Below, in pieces: positions 41,206 through 52,946 of a stretch of 64,000 nucleotides of DNA. The stretch's first letter is position 1, and every line of letters starts with the position of its first letter. The DNA lies in contig OZ024755.1 of assembly GCA_964016885.1 (NCBI GenBank), forward strand, positions 34,286,001 to 34,350,000. Direction: 5' to 3'. Made by a program: the position numbers and the translations under genes. A model generated the notes under the pieces. The model ran no database searches. It had not been told where the DNA came from and was given only the letters and a program-made list of their open reading frames with translations. The DNA is from Eledone cirrhosa (lineage: Eukaryota).

Positions 41206-41699
41206 ATGTATGTGTTAAAAATTTAATTTTGTATGAAAATGAAGCAAGGTCTGTAAAAGCAGACTACCTGCAGTAATGGAAAGAATATGAATTGATTATG
41301 ATATTTTGTATATGAAGTGTTAACTTAGGAGAAAGTTTTGAAGGTGTTTAAATTGTGAAAGCAATAGTGTCTTAGAGAAATTATTTAATGCATATAAGGA
41401 ACAAAAGTGTATATACATAACTGGAAAATGTTGCTATGTAGTAATAGGTAGTAGCTAAAAGAAAATAAAATAAAAGGATAACTCTAGTGTGGATTCAGTA
41501 AGTAATTTATAATTTAGATATATATGCAAGCATGGAACACGGACGTTAAACGTTGATGATGATGATGATGATTGTTACTGATATGTATGTAGAAAATAAT
41601 AACTGCCTGGTAGAAATTGATATATAGATCAGTTTGACACAATAGGGTTGTTATATAGATGTTGCTATTGATGTAGCAGGGTGAAGTTGTCACATATAC

Positions 41700-41782
41700 A
41701 GAAGTAGTTCCACAACAGTTAATTCACCATCTCCAAGAACTGTTCTTGGAAATGGTGAATTAACTGTTGTGGAACTACTTCT
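41700..41782. repeat. Near-perfect palindrome (41-bp arms, 1-nt loop)
   Basis: agaagtagttcc...ccaagaac-t-gttcttgg...ggaactacttct. Confidence 0.95.
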
Positions 41783-41843
41783 ACCAAACTCATCACATGG
41801 ACTGAGTGCTCTACTACTATGGATATAACTCTCCAGTGTTCTA

Positions 41844-41877
<34 letters not shown>

Positions 41878-42008
41878 GATAAATCTACCAAGAGTTTACG
41901 GTAGTGTCCAATCCGTATGAAGAACTCAATGTAATCCGGATATCATAGAAAGAAGAGATGCATTCAAAAATCACTTTCGGTGAAAGATAAACGGAATACA
42001 GAGTCAAG

Positions 42009-42352
42009 ATAAAATATTAAAAAAATAATGAATAAAACAATGAAACAGTTCCTTATATTAAACAAAAAAAGTTCATTATTTAACGATCGTTTCTAGGACA
42101 TATATGTGTTAGAATTGGCATGCATATTTAACAGATCTATGTACAAAATTATACAAAATTATACAAACTATCAAATTTATACAAACTATCAAGTTTGTAT
42201 AATTTTGTATAATTTTGTACATAGATCTGTTAAATATGCATGCCAATTCTAACACATATATGTCCTAGAAACGATCGTTAAATAATGAACTTTTTTTGTT
42301 TAATATAAGGAACTGTTTCATTGTTTTATTCATTATTTTTTTAATATTTTAT
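42009..42352. repeat. Perfect inverted repeat (161-bp arms, 22-nt spacer)
   Basis: 42009-42169 is the reverse complement of 42192-42352; contains GAAACGATCGTTA (hammerhead 3' half). Confidence 0.95.
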
Positions 42353-42364
42353 ATATATATATAT

Positions 42365-42573
42365 ATATTTATTAAAATAACAGATTAAAGTTTAAGCAAA
42401 GAATCGCTGCTTTCACCCTTAACGGGATCTTCAGAAGGGTGAAAGCAGCGATTCTTTGCTTAAACTTTAATCTGTTATTTTAATAAATATTTGCTCTACG
42501 GTTCTTATATTTTTGATATATATTTATCCTTATCGAGCCCTCTTTGGTTTTTAGTCTTCAAATTTATTATTAT

Positions 42574-42580
<7 letters not shown>
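42365..42580. mobile_element. Penelope-like pLTR fragment as a fold-back (arms 42365-42420 and 42435-42490), tail into (TA)n
   Basis: Hammerhead 3' half, AATAAA, then a tail shared with 18550-18600 and 1578-1610. Confidence 0.7.
42390..42436 (-). ncRNA. Hammerhead motif, intact core, stem I truncated by the fold-back
   Basis: UU-CUGAAGA-UCCC GUUAA GGGU-GAAA GCAGCGAUUCUUUGC UU/AAAC. Confidence 0.7.
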
Positions 42581-42610
<30 letters not shown>

Positions 42611-42752
42611 ATTTTATTTTATAGAAGGAGCTTCTACAGGACTAGTACTGTTTCATTCAGATGAAATCTTCTATAAAATAAAAAAATTTTACTCTGCCAT
42701 GTATTGAGTACCTTACTTACTGTGGTTATCCCCGACTCAACCCGGGACCTAC

Positions 42753-42790
<38 letters not shown>

Positions 42791-42974
42791 CAAAGAAGGT
42801 GTGGTAAGACACCAGGTGGACCATAACGCACCAGAGTACTCAATACTTAGGGTAGGAGAGTGGGTAATAGGAAAAGATTAGCTGAGCCTTGGCCGTTTCA
42901 ACAGCTAGATCCAAAACAACTAGCTGTTGAAATGGCTGGAGCTCACCCGTAGGAGTCCTGAATCTTTTCATTCA

Positions 42975-43027
<53 letters not shown>

Positions 43028-43029
<2 letters not shown>

Positions 43030-44258
43030 GTGGAGGTGCCACGGCAAAAAAGCACCCAGCACTCACTGTAAATGTGGTTGGTGTTAGGAAGGGCATCCAG
43101 CTGTAGAAATCAAGCCAGAATCAGTTCCCGTCTCGCCATTGCAAGGAGGGGAAAAAGCGGACGTAAAATGAAATGATGATGATGATGATGATGATGGATA
43201 TCATCATCATCACCGTTTTACATCCATCCTTCCACGCTAGCATGATTTTGACGGGGTGTCCTGTTGTGGGCAATGTCCGGTCAGCTGACCATGCCTTGCT
43301 CATACGGGAACTGGTTCTGGCTTGATGTCTACAGCTGGATGCCGTTCCTAACACCAACCTCATTTACAGTGAGTGCTGGGTGCTTTTTTGCCGTGTCACC
43401 TGCACGACCACTTTGTAGGGAGATGATAGGGACCCCAGTCCCTATCATCTCATTTCTACAGCTGAGTAAACTGGAGCAATGTGAAATAAAGTGTCTTGCT
43501 CAAGGAAACAACACATCACCCAGTCTGAGAATTGAACTCACAACCTTTCGATTGCAAGGCCAATGCTCTAACTACTAAGGCATGTGCCTCCACATATATA
43601 TATAATTATTCTGAGGAAAATTAAAGGGACTAATCCAGTGTTTGATGGAATGCGCTATACCATGCTGCTGGGAGTAGTAGACACAGGGTTTTTTTTTTTT
43701 TAACCTCTTTCTAATAAAATAATTCTATATACCATACACAATGCTTCAAATAAACTACAAATTCCTCCCATATATTATATATATATATATGGAGGCACAT
43801 GGCTTAGTGGTTACAATCGAAAAGTTGTGAGTTCAATTCTCAGACCAGGTGATGGGTTGAGCAAGACACATTACTTCACATTGCTCCAGTTTACTCAGCT
43901 GTAGAAATGAGATGATGGGGACTGAGGTCCCTATCATTTCACTGCAAAGTGGCCATGGAGGTGCCACGGAAAAAAGCACCCAGCCCTCACTGTAAATGTG
44001 GTTGGTGTTAGGAAGGGCATCCAGCTGTAGAAATCAAGCCAGAATCAGTTCCCGTCCCACCCTTGCAAGCAGGGAAAAGCAGACGTAAAATGATGATGAT
44101 GATGCTGATATATATATACATATATATATATAAATGACGGAGAAGATGACGAAGCACCGTGAGACGTGTATAGATGCTGTGCTGAATAGGACCCGTCCCA
44201 CCTTTGCAAGCAGGGAAAAGCAGACATAAAATGACGATGATGATGATGATGATGATTT
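43028..44258. mobile_element. Cluster of SINE B and RTE tails, including head-to-head copies (43200-43592 minus, 43790-44105 plus)
   Basis: A/B boxes, CORE-like segment and RTE tail are readable in both copies. Confidence 0.9.
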
Positions 44259-44504
44259 GTATATAGTTGTCGAGTTGCAGGTAAATGCATCCGTGGGTGG
44301 TATGCCGGTTGAGCACTCGATGCTCGCGTGGAGCAGAGTATAAGAGTATAATAATAATATAAAGAACAAGGAATCAGTGTTGCATCATGTCACATTTATT
44401 AACATATTACATATGTTTCACCGTCGATCAGTTCGAGGCAAGATCTGTTACAGAGCAAACCCGACTCTGCATTCAAAGGATATATATATATATTAGTATG
44501 ACAA

Positions 44505-45045
44505 AGAGGTTAACTTTGCCTTTCATCCTTACGGGGTCGATAAAATAAAGTACCAGTAATATACTGGGTAATTGCTGGCCTTGTGCCAAAAGTAGAAACA
44601 AGTATGACAAAGAGTAATTCTCATGTAGATCGGTATGACAAGATGTTGGTGGGAAAGTTTTATATATTTTTGAATGGCAGGGAGAGGTCGTTGTGTAGAT
44701 ATAATTATGACAGGTAGATATTATAACGCAGATATTAGGGTGGTGGATTAGCAGTAGCAGTAGAAGGTCGGATGCCATAGTTTGCGGCATAGTTACACCC
44801 CTTTATGGTCTGAGATCAAATCCTGCCGAGGTTAACTTTGCCTTTCATCCTTACGGGGTCGATAAAATAAAGTACCAGTAATACACTGGGTAATTTCTGG
44901 CCTTGTGCCAATAGTAGAAACAATTCTAATGCAGATATTAATATGGTAGGGAAAGATTGTTCTGTTGATATTATTATAAGGAGAAAAGTACCAGTAATGC
45001 ACTGGGTAATCGCTGGCTTTGTGCCTAAAGTAGAAACAATTATTA
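44505..45045 (+). mobile_element. SINE A cluster
   Basis: One full copy (~44737-44925) and two partial copies. Confidence 0.85.
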
Positions 45046-45233
45046 TAAGGAGAAAAGTTAGTATTTAACAAAGGAAACTAGAAACTGTCATATTTTTGAG
45101 ACCTAGAAATGTAGATTGATGGTATATGCTGATTAAAGACTGTCAATATACTGTCAACAGCTTTGCAATAATTTCCCCATCCATATTAGACTGTCCTAGT
45201 TTGATGGTAAGAATAATATGGTTGATATTCAGC

Positions 45234-45462
45234 TTAACCCTTGAGCATTTAAACTGGTCATATCCGGCCATAATTCTCTCACCTCTTTCTGTTTAAACTG
45301 GTCGTAACCGGCTGCTCATAGCAACGTTAAGGTATTGTTCTCAAAATAAATAAGATCAAACTTTTGTAGATTTGATATCATGTGAGATAATTATATGAGA
45401 TAAAGCCTTTTCTGTAAAAATACAATAGTATATATAGAGTAATGTGAATGCTAAAGGGTTAA
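45234..45462. mobile_element. piggyBac-type MITE, complete with TTAA TSD
   Basis: TTAA-CCCTTGAGCATTTA...TGAATGCTAAAGGG-TTAA. Confidence 0.9.
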
Positions 45463-45639
45463 ATATCTGGCAGGGCAAAGAATATGAGATGAATAGGTGT
45501 GTTGTGAGGTGTAGTACACAGATTTCTAGTCCAGAAGGACCAGAACTATTGTAGTAATAATAGATAAAGAGAGATCTAGTTAAGAGTAGGCTATTGGTAG
45601 TGATGTGTGTGTAGAAGATTTTCTAATCGGTCCCATGGT

Positions 45640-46780
45640 TTTCATTAAATGGGATATGCAAGTCAGCAGCAGCATAGTTAGTAAGGCAATTAAGGATATC
45701 AAGACAGGCAAAGTAGCTGGGCCTTCAGGAATAGTTGCCAAGAGGTTGAAAACACCTGGGATAGTGGGTCATGCCTTAACCACCCATATTGTAAACCAAG
45801 TAATACAAAGTGGTGTAATAGTCAATGACTGACATAGTAGCATCATCATCAACTGCTGCAAGGGCAAAGGAGATGCATTAGATGGAGAAAACTAGAGACA
45901 TTGAGTTGATGGACCATGTCAGAGATGTCACAGAAAGAGATATAGCACAGTTGATTAGGGACCAAGTTAACCTAGATGAGATGCAATTTGGATTTGAGCC
46001 TGGTAAAAGTACCACTGATGCCCTCTTGCTTGTGAAGCAACTGCAGGAGAAGTTCTTAGCTAAATGTATACCCCTCTACTTTGCATTTGTTGACTTGGAG
46101 AAAACTTTTGACAGAGTTTCCCATTCCATTATCTATTGGGTTCTTAGAAAACTAGATGTAGATGGGTGGCATGTGAAGGCAGTCCAAGCTGTTTATAGAG
46201 GAGCAGTCAGCTAAGTTAGAATTAACAATGAGTATAGTGAAAATTTTAGCCAACAGCTAGGAGCCCATCAGGGCTCTGTTCTTAGCCCTCTCCTGTTTAT
46301 TATTGTCCTGCAGGAGAGAACAGCAGATTTTAAGACTGACTGTCAATGAGAACATCTGTATGCAGATGATATAACCCTCATAGCTAGTTGGATCTATGGC
46401 AGATTTAGAGAAGAAATTCCAAAACCTGAATAAAAAAAATCTTAAAGTCAACTTGACAAAACTAAAGTCCTCGTATGTAGAAAGAAAAGCAGGACACAGA
46501 TTGCCCCCAGGGAAATGGCCTTGCTCAGTATGCAGGAAAGGATTGGGTATAAATTCCTTCCTATGTCCCAAATACAATCTATGTGAACACAAGAGATGTA
46601 GTACAATCTCAAGCAGGCTACCAAAGAACTTAGGTTTTGTATGTGATCAATGCACAGGTCTAATAAGTAGTAAGAGCTCACAGGATACTAGCTCATTTAG
46701 ATGTAGAAGTTGTTGATAGTTTCTATTACTTAAGTTACCAAATTAGCAGTGGAAGTGGGTGTTCTGAAAGTATAGTAATT
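45640..46780 (+). mobile_element. Older decayed RTE LINE RT fragment with PHD-like insert
   Basis: KVAGPSG, QFGFEPGKSTTDA, FVDLEKTFDRV, YADD, GKWPCSVCRKG...HKRC...CDQC. Confidence 0.9.
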
Positions 46781-47384
46781 TTTTCAAATAATTGTTTCTA
46801 CTTTTTTGGCGCAAGGCAGCAATTACCCCCAGTGCATTACTAGTGCTTTATTTTATCGACTCCGGAGTTGAACTCATACCGTAAAGGGGCGAAACTCCAT
46901 GCTGCAAAACCTGGCATCTGCCAATTCACCGTCGGTGAACAACATTTTTTAAATTTTGCTTTAGTTTTTGTCCACACATTTTTAGAGAGGGAAGAGTCAA
47001 TAAAATCTACTTGGTATGTGATGGCTATTTTGTTTTATTGATACAATAAAGATGAAAGGTAATCTTTGCTAAAGTTAAATAATTAAAAGGAAATAGAATA
47101 GAAATTATACAAAATAATCAGATTAAATGTGAACAAAATCACCACGGAAAGGTTTTATATATGCTGTCAGTGATTTGATGAGTTAACAAAATGGATGATC
47201 CAAGTACATTATCTGTTTATCAAATCAAACACCATCATTTTGTTGATATTGGATGGATATTAATCATACAGCTAGCATATCAATGCAGGAAAGGGATATC
47301 CAACCTCTCTTTTGTGAATGTACAATTAATCTGTCACAATATATATTACAGGCAGAACTCTACATTTAGTTTGCCATGTATTAA

Positions 47385-48228
47385 AGCTTAGCTTTCAGAT
47401 TTGCACAGTATGAAGAAAATTAATCAGGAAATTGTGATAAACATGGACACCTATCTTGATCAATGTGTGCAAACGTTGATTTGGAAATATCATATCTAGT
47501 TTGCCGTGGAATATCTCAGTTGTACAATTGACATTTGTCGAAATAGACTATCGAGTTTCAATATTAAGCAAATTTTCAGAAGTTTGTATTTAGGAATCAT
47601 ACAATAGATTACTGAAATACAATCTTTTATTGCATTTCATAAAATTCTCTTCTACTGACAAAGTGTAGGAATATATTTGATTTAATATACAGGAACACGT
47701 GTCTATCTATGTCTAGGATTGGATGCAGATGTATAAATATAGTTTCCGATTTAGTTTTCAATTCTATTATAATTGTTAAAAATTCTTCTTCCCCCATATA
47801 TTCCTAAGAGGGTCACGGGGGCAGAGTCCTCAAACACTCCCTCCAGTGGGTCCTATCAGAAGCGACCATCTCCAAATGATCCAGCTGGATCCCCAAGCAA
47901 GACCAGCCAAGCTCATGGATGTTATCCAACCATCTTGCTCGGAGTCAACCCCTGGGTTTCCTGTCGGTCAGTTTTGCCTATAAAATCTGTTTAGTGATTC
48001 TTTCCTGAGATATTTTAACCACATACCCATAGTATCAGAGCTGTGATCTCTCAATTCGCAGAAGTAGTGGCTCTACCTGGAGTGACTCTCTGATCTCTGA
48101 GCTAGGCACTTTATCGATTGAGACTAATTTTTTAATTCTCGGGTTGAAAGTGGCTCGGGTAATGTTACCTGGATTCGAGTGACGGGTGGGGATCTGTGAT
48201 TGTGAATATCATTGTAGTTCAGTTTATT
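47385..48228. repeat. Segmental duplication, copy 1 (~850 bp)
   Basis: Near-identical to ~51862-52718. Confidence 0.9.
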
Positions 48229-48567
48229 TATTTCAAGTGTGTAACTCAGAGATCAGAGAGTCACTCCACGTAGAGCCACTACTTCTCTGAATTGAGAGAT
48301 CACAGCTCCAATACTATGGGCATGTGGTTAGAATGTCTCAGGAAAGAATCTCTGGACAGATTTTACAGGCAAAACCAACCAGCAAGAGATCCAGAGGTAG
48401 ACCCCAAGCAAGACGGCTGGAAAACATGTATGAGCTTCACTGTTCATGTTTGGGAATCCAGCCAGACCAGTTGGAGATGGTTTGGTTATGATAGGACCCA
48501 CTGGAAGGAGCGTTTGAGGAATCTGCCCCTACAACACTCTCAGGAATAAGTGGGCAAAGAAGAAGTC
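47785..48567. mobile_element. Head-to-head pair of RTE-type LINE 3' ends (47785-48103 minus, 48243-48567 plus)
   Basis: QLQYYGHVVRMSQER...RPRGRP..RW-like coding remnant in both arms; both begin at ctcagagatcagagagtcactcca. Confidence 0.75.
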
Positions 48568-48579
48568 CAAATTCTGACA

Positions 48580-48808
48580 TTAACCCTTTAGCATTTAAAC
48601 TGGCCACATGCGGCCAGAATTCTCTCACCTCTTTCTGTTCATACTGGATATAACTGACCTCTTATACCGACATTAAGGTATTGTTCTCAAAATACATAAT
48701 ATCAAAAACTCATAGATTCAATATTATGTGAGGTAATTATGTGAGATAAAGCCTTTTCTGTGAAAAGACAATAGCATATATAGAGTAATGTAAATGCTAA
48801 AGAGTTAA
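48580..48808. mobile_element. piggyBac-type MITE
   Basis: TTAACCCTTTAGCATTTA...TAAATGCTAAAGAGTTAA. Confidence 0.9.
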
Positions 48809-49246
48809 TGGCTTTACTCGTTTGTGAAGTGATTATCATACGTTGTGATTAACTTCTATATTTAATTCCTTATATCATTGATGGATGAGCGTTAATTGAA
48901 TCAGTTTTGTGTGGGCAACAGCTTCCAAATAAGATTGTATGTTTATTGTTTTAGTAATTAATATGATTAAGTGCATCACATAGTATTTACTGCTAATTTA
49001 TCAGCTAGTCACAATTAAACAAAAACCAGATATTGAGGGCAAATGGGGCCTGAAGAATTTGTCTCTTTAGTACCAGTATAGCAGTTTAGTTGTAAATATA
49101 ACTTGCCTATGATATTGTCTTTTTGGGGGTAATATAATTTTGGTTTACATTTATTGTTTGTTACAAGTTTCAGGCTTTTGGTGGTTGGTTATTTACTTGG
49201 AGTGGATGGTGCTTTAATATGTTAACCCCTTAGCAAGGGTTAATAT

Positions 49247-49810
49247 GTTAACCCTTTAACATTTACATTACTCCCTATATACTACCCCCAACCCCATCCA
49301 CACCACCCCTTTCAATGTAAAGTTATGTTGGTACCACAACATCCATGCCGAAACAAATGAGGTCGTGTAGGTGTCAGGACAAAAAAAACACACAGTCCAC
49401 GCTGTAATGTGGCCGTGTAGGCAACACGGTAAAAACCTCCCAGTTCCACACTGTAAATGTGGTTGGTGTTAGGAAGGGTATCCAGCCGTAGAATACCCGC
49501 CAGAGAGTCCTATGCGAGCAAGACAACCACTCTTGCCTCAAGTGGGAAAACTCCCGTCCAAACCCATGCAAGCGTGGAATATGGACGTTAAACGATGATG
49601 ATGATGATGATGATACTATCATGTTTTCACAATAAAGGCTTTATCTCACATAATTATCTCACATAACATCAAATCTATGAGATTTTGATATAATTTATTT
49701 TCAGAACAATACCTTAATGTCAGTATGAGCAGCTGGTTACGACCAGTTTGAACAGAAAGAGGTGAGAGAAGTGTGGCTGGATATGGCCAGTTTAAATGCT
49801 AAAGGGTAAA
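49247..49810. mobile_element. piggyBac-type MITE interrupted by an RTE 3' UTR (~49285-49612, plus)
   Basis: The MITE halves rejoin at atatactac|tatcatg; the insert matches 30520-30875. Confidence 0.85.
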
Positions 49811-49934
49811 TTATTATTTTTTGTAGCTGAGTCACTGTATTTTGTACGGCATGTCTTGGGTAACTTAGTTTTCATACATTTGTTTACATTTACTTTCATT
49901 TTTGGTGGTCTGTAGACTCACGTTAGAAACTAAT

Positions 49935-49989
<55 letters not shown>

Positions 49990-50595
49990 CAGGTCACCAG
50001 TTGCTGCTACTGGTAACATGTATCCCAGTACAACCTGTCTCACGGTTGGGTCGTTGGCGACTAAACTGGCAACCCCACCAAGGTTTCTTGGTGAGGAGGG
50101 TGACTTTGAACATCCTGCAGGACTAAAAACAAAACCTCTCAATGAGCAAAGGAGCTCTTAAGAGTCAATGGCCATCCAAAATCACCGGGAGAGATGACCC
50201 TTAGCCTTTGTCAAAGCAGACTTCTAGGAGAAGGAAAACTCTGATATAACACCTGCAACCCTGATGGTATTCAATGATGTTGACTTGTTCTTCTTTTTGG
50301 TAAATATCATCTTGGTTAAGAGAGTGGGACTGGCTTTGTGCAGTGCCTTTGCTCACTATAAAAGCTTCACGGCATAGGCATTGCTTTATATCTGGAGATC
50401 TCTCTGCACTTGTCGTCACATGGTATCATGGGCCTAGCACTATGTGTCAATAATTGTCACAAGTGTAGTGTTTGTACCAGAGTTTTCAAGTCATTGGCTG
50501 GACTAAAAAGTCACACTCGTTCAGCGCATCGGTAGGGGTTCTCCTACATGGATATAAAGTAGTGGCCGTACTCGAAAACGAGTTGGCAGCCACCA
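49990..50595 (+). mobile_element. Short bipartite (internally deleted) RTE element
   Basis: RTE-like 5' UTR (ctaggagaaggaaaactctga) joined to a C2H2 finger HKCSVCTRVFKSLAGLKSHTRSAHR* (50458-50535) and a 3' hairpin actcgaaaacgagt; flanked by microsatellite. Confidence 0.6.
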
Positions 50596-50741
50596 TATAT
50601 GTATATACATACATACATATATATATATATTTAAGAGTTAAACAAGATTCAATGATTAAATATTGAGTTTTCTCATAAGTTAATCACTACCTTTATTAAA
50701 TCTTAACCATCTACCATGACAGGGTATGTCATGTATCATTT

Positions 50742-50808
50742 TATTTTATCTGATGAGGTCGTACTGTTGAACTTAATTCAGTACCTCTGAAATATGTATA
50801 ATAAAATA
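50742..50808 (+). ncRNA. Type I hammerhead ribozyme motif, canonical core
   Basis: UAUUUUAU-CUGAUGA-GG..GUACUG...CAGUAC..CU-GAAAU AUGU AUA/AUAAAAUA; 8-bp stem I. Confidence 0.8.
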
Positions 50809-51020
50809 TAATTGATCACAAGAATATCTATTTTGTTAATATTTGGAATTAATATATATATATATATATAAGGATTAGAATACTGGAGCGTGTTTGAGTC
50901 AAACACCCTCTTGGTATTATAGAAATGACAGTAAAAGGTATAGCTCAATGCAGTTAAACAGAGCCAAAAAATTAAGAGAGTAAAACAAAGAATCCTTTAA
51001 TACATCAAAAGTTTTTATTA

Positions 51021-51058
51021 GCCGACAATGTTTTGTCCTATTAAGGACTCATCAGGGC
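51021..51058 (-). ncRNA. Hammerhead motif with G12-to-A change (likely inactive)
   Basis: GCC-CUGAUGA-GUCCU UAAU AGGAC-AAAAC AUU GUC/GGC, followed by AAUAAA. Confidence 0.7.
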
Positions 51059-51140
51059 AATCAAAACAACAAGAGGTAATATCGGCAGATACAAGCCAGA
51101 AACTCTGAAGAATATGGAGTGTACATACACTAATGTCTTA

Positions 51141-51174
<34 letters not shown>

Positions 51175-51861
51175 GTATAAATATATACATGTATGTATAT
51201 ATATATATATATTGGTAAATGGAATAGAAAATGCTGACAAATTGTTCACAGTGAAAAATAGTTTAATTAGGAATAAGTGAGAATTAGTAATTGTATTGGT
51301 TAGTATTCAGTTTTAAGTTTTACCGGTTGCGCATTTCTAATGCTTTTCAAAAATAATTTTGAGATAGAGTGTCCGTGATGTTTGCTCTGATCTGATATAC
51401 ATACATACACACACACACACATATACACACACACATACACACACATATATATATTTATAATCTTATGCCTGCTTTTAACCACAGACACAAGTTGGATTTC
51501 TGGCATACACAAGAACCCAAAACAGTAGAAAGAACTAAATGTATAGTTTAATAAATATGATAAATGTAGCATATAATTTTATCTGTGATATGTTAAGTGC
51601 AGGTGTGTTTATAGGGGAATGTGACTACATGCATGAGGTAGTTTGGAATCTCTTCAGCCAATGTTCAGCCGTTGAAAGTTATGCTTCTTAGATATTTGAA
51701 TAAGAAGAGCGAAGTTAGTTGTTGATGTACTAAGAAAATGAGAAGAAAGAGCACAGTATAGTGTAATATTGACAGACATCAACTATCAGGCCCATTCTTT
51801 CATAAGATCTGAGAGCTGCAGTGATGGTGGCTTGTGGGGCTTCGAGAATTTTCCATGTATC

Positions 51862-52718
51862 AAAGCTTGGCTTTCAGATTTGCACAGTATGAAGAAAATT
51901 AATCAGGAAATTGTGATAAACATAGACACATAACTTGATCAATGTGTGCAAACGTTGATTTGGAATTATCATATCTAGTTTGCCGTGGAATATCTCAGTT
52001 GTACAATTGACATTTGTCGAAATAGACTATCGAGTTTCAATATTAAGCAAATTTTTAGAAGTTTGTATTTAGGAATCATGCAATAGATTACTGAAATACA
52101 ATCTTTTATTGCATTTCATAGAATTCTCTTCAACCTTCTACTGATAAAGTGTAGGAATATATTTAATTTAATATACAGGAACACGTGTCTATCTATGTCT
52201 AGGATTGGATGCAGATGTATAAATATAGTTTCCGATTTAGTTTTCAATTCTATTATAATTGATAAAAATTCTTCTTCCCTCATATATTCCTAAGAGGGTC
52301 ACGGGGGCAGAGTCCTCAAACACTCCCTCCAGTGGGTCCTATCAGAAGCGACCATCTCCAAATGATCCAGCTGGATCCCCAAGCAAGACCAGCCAAGCTC
52401 ATGGATGTTATCCAACCATCATGCTCGGAGTCTACCCCTGGGTTTCCTGTCGGTCAGTTTTGCCTATAAAATCTGTTTAGTGATTCTTTCCTGAGATATT
52501 TTAACCACATACCCATAGTATCAGAGCTGTGATCTCTCAATTCGCAGAAGTAGTGGCTCTACCTGGAGTGACTCTCTGATCTCTGAGCTAGGCACTTTAT
52601 CGATTGAGACTAATTTTTTAATTCTCGGGTTGAAAGTGGCTCGGGCAATGTTTCCTGGATTCGAGTGACGGGTGGGGATCTGTGATTGTGAATATCATTG
52701 TAGTTCAGTTTATTTGTT
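51862..52718. repeat. Segmental duplication, copy 2
   Basis: Near-identical to 47385-48228. Confidence 0.9.
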
Positions 52719-52747
52719 TCAATAGGAAATCTGCTTCGTAGAATTGA

Positions 52748-52828
52748 GACGTACCCGAGGACCGCACGATTTCAGAGTCAGGTTTGATCACCACATCGTT
52801 CGTGCCCGAGAAACAATTGTAATATGTC
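52748..52828 (+). ncRNA. Degenerate hammerhead with long stem II (core CCGAGGA)
   Basis: GACGUAC-CCGAGGA-..GCACGA...UCGUGC..-GAAAC AAUU GUA/AUAUGUC, then AAUAAA and (TA)n. Confidence 0.55.
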
Positions 52829-52891
52829 CAATAAATATATGTATATATATATATATATATGTGTATTGTATATATGTATATATATATATAC

Positions 52892-52946
<55 letters not shown>

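Noticed and set aside
43790-43860. tRNA-like A/B boxes
   Set aside because: These are SINE heads with no complete cloverleaf; no true tRNA gene was found.
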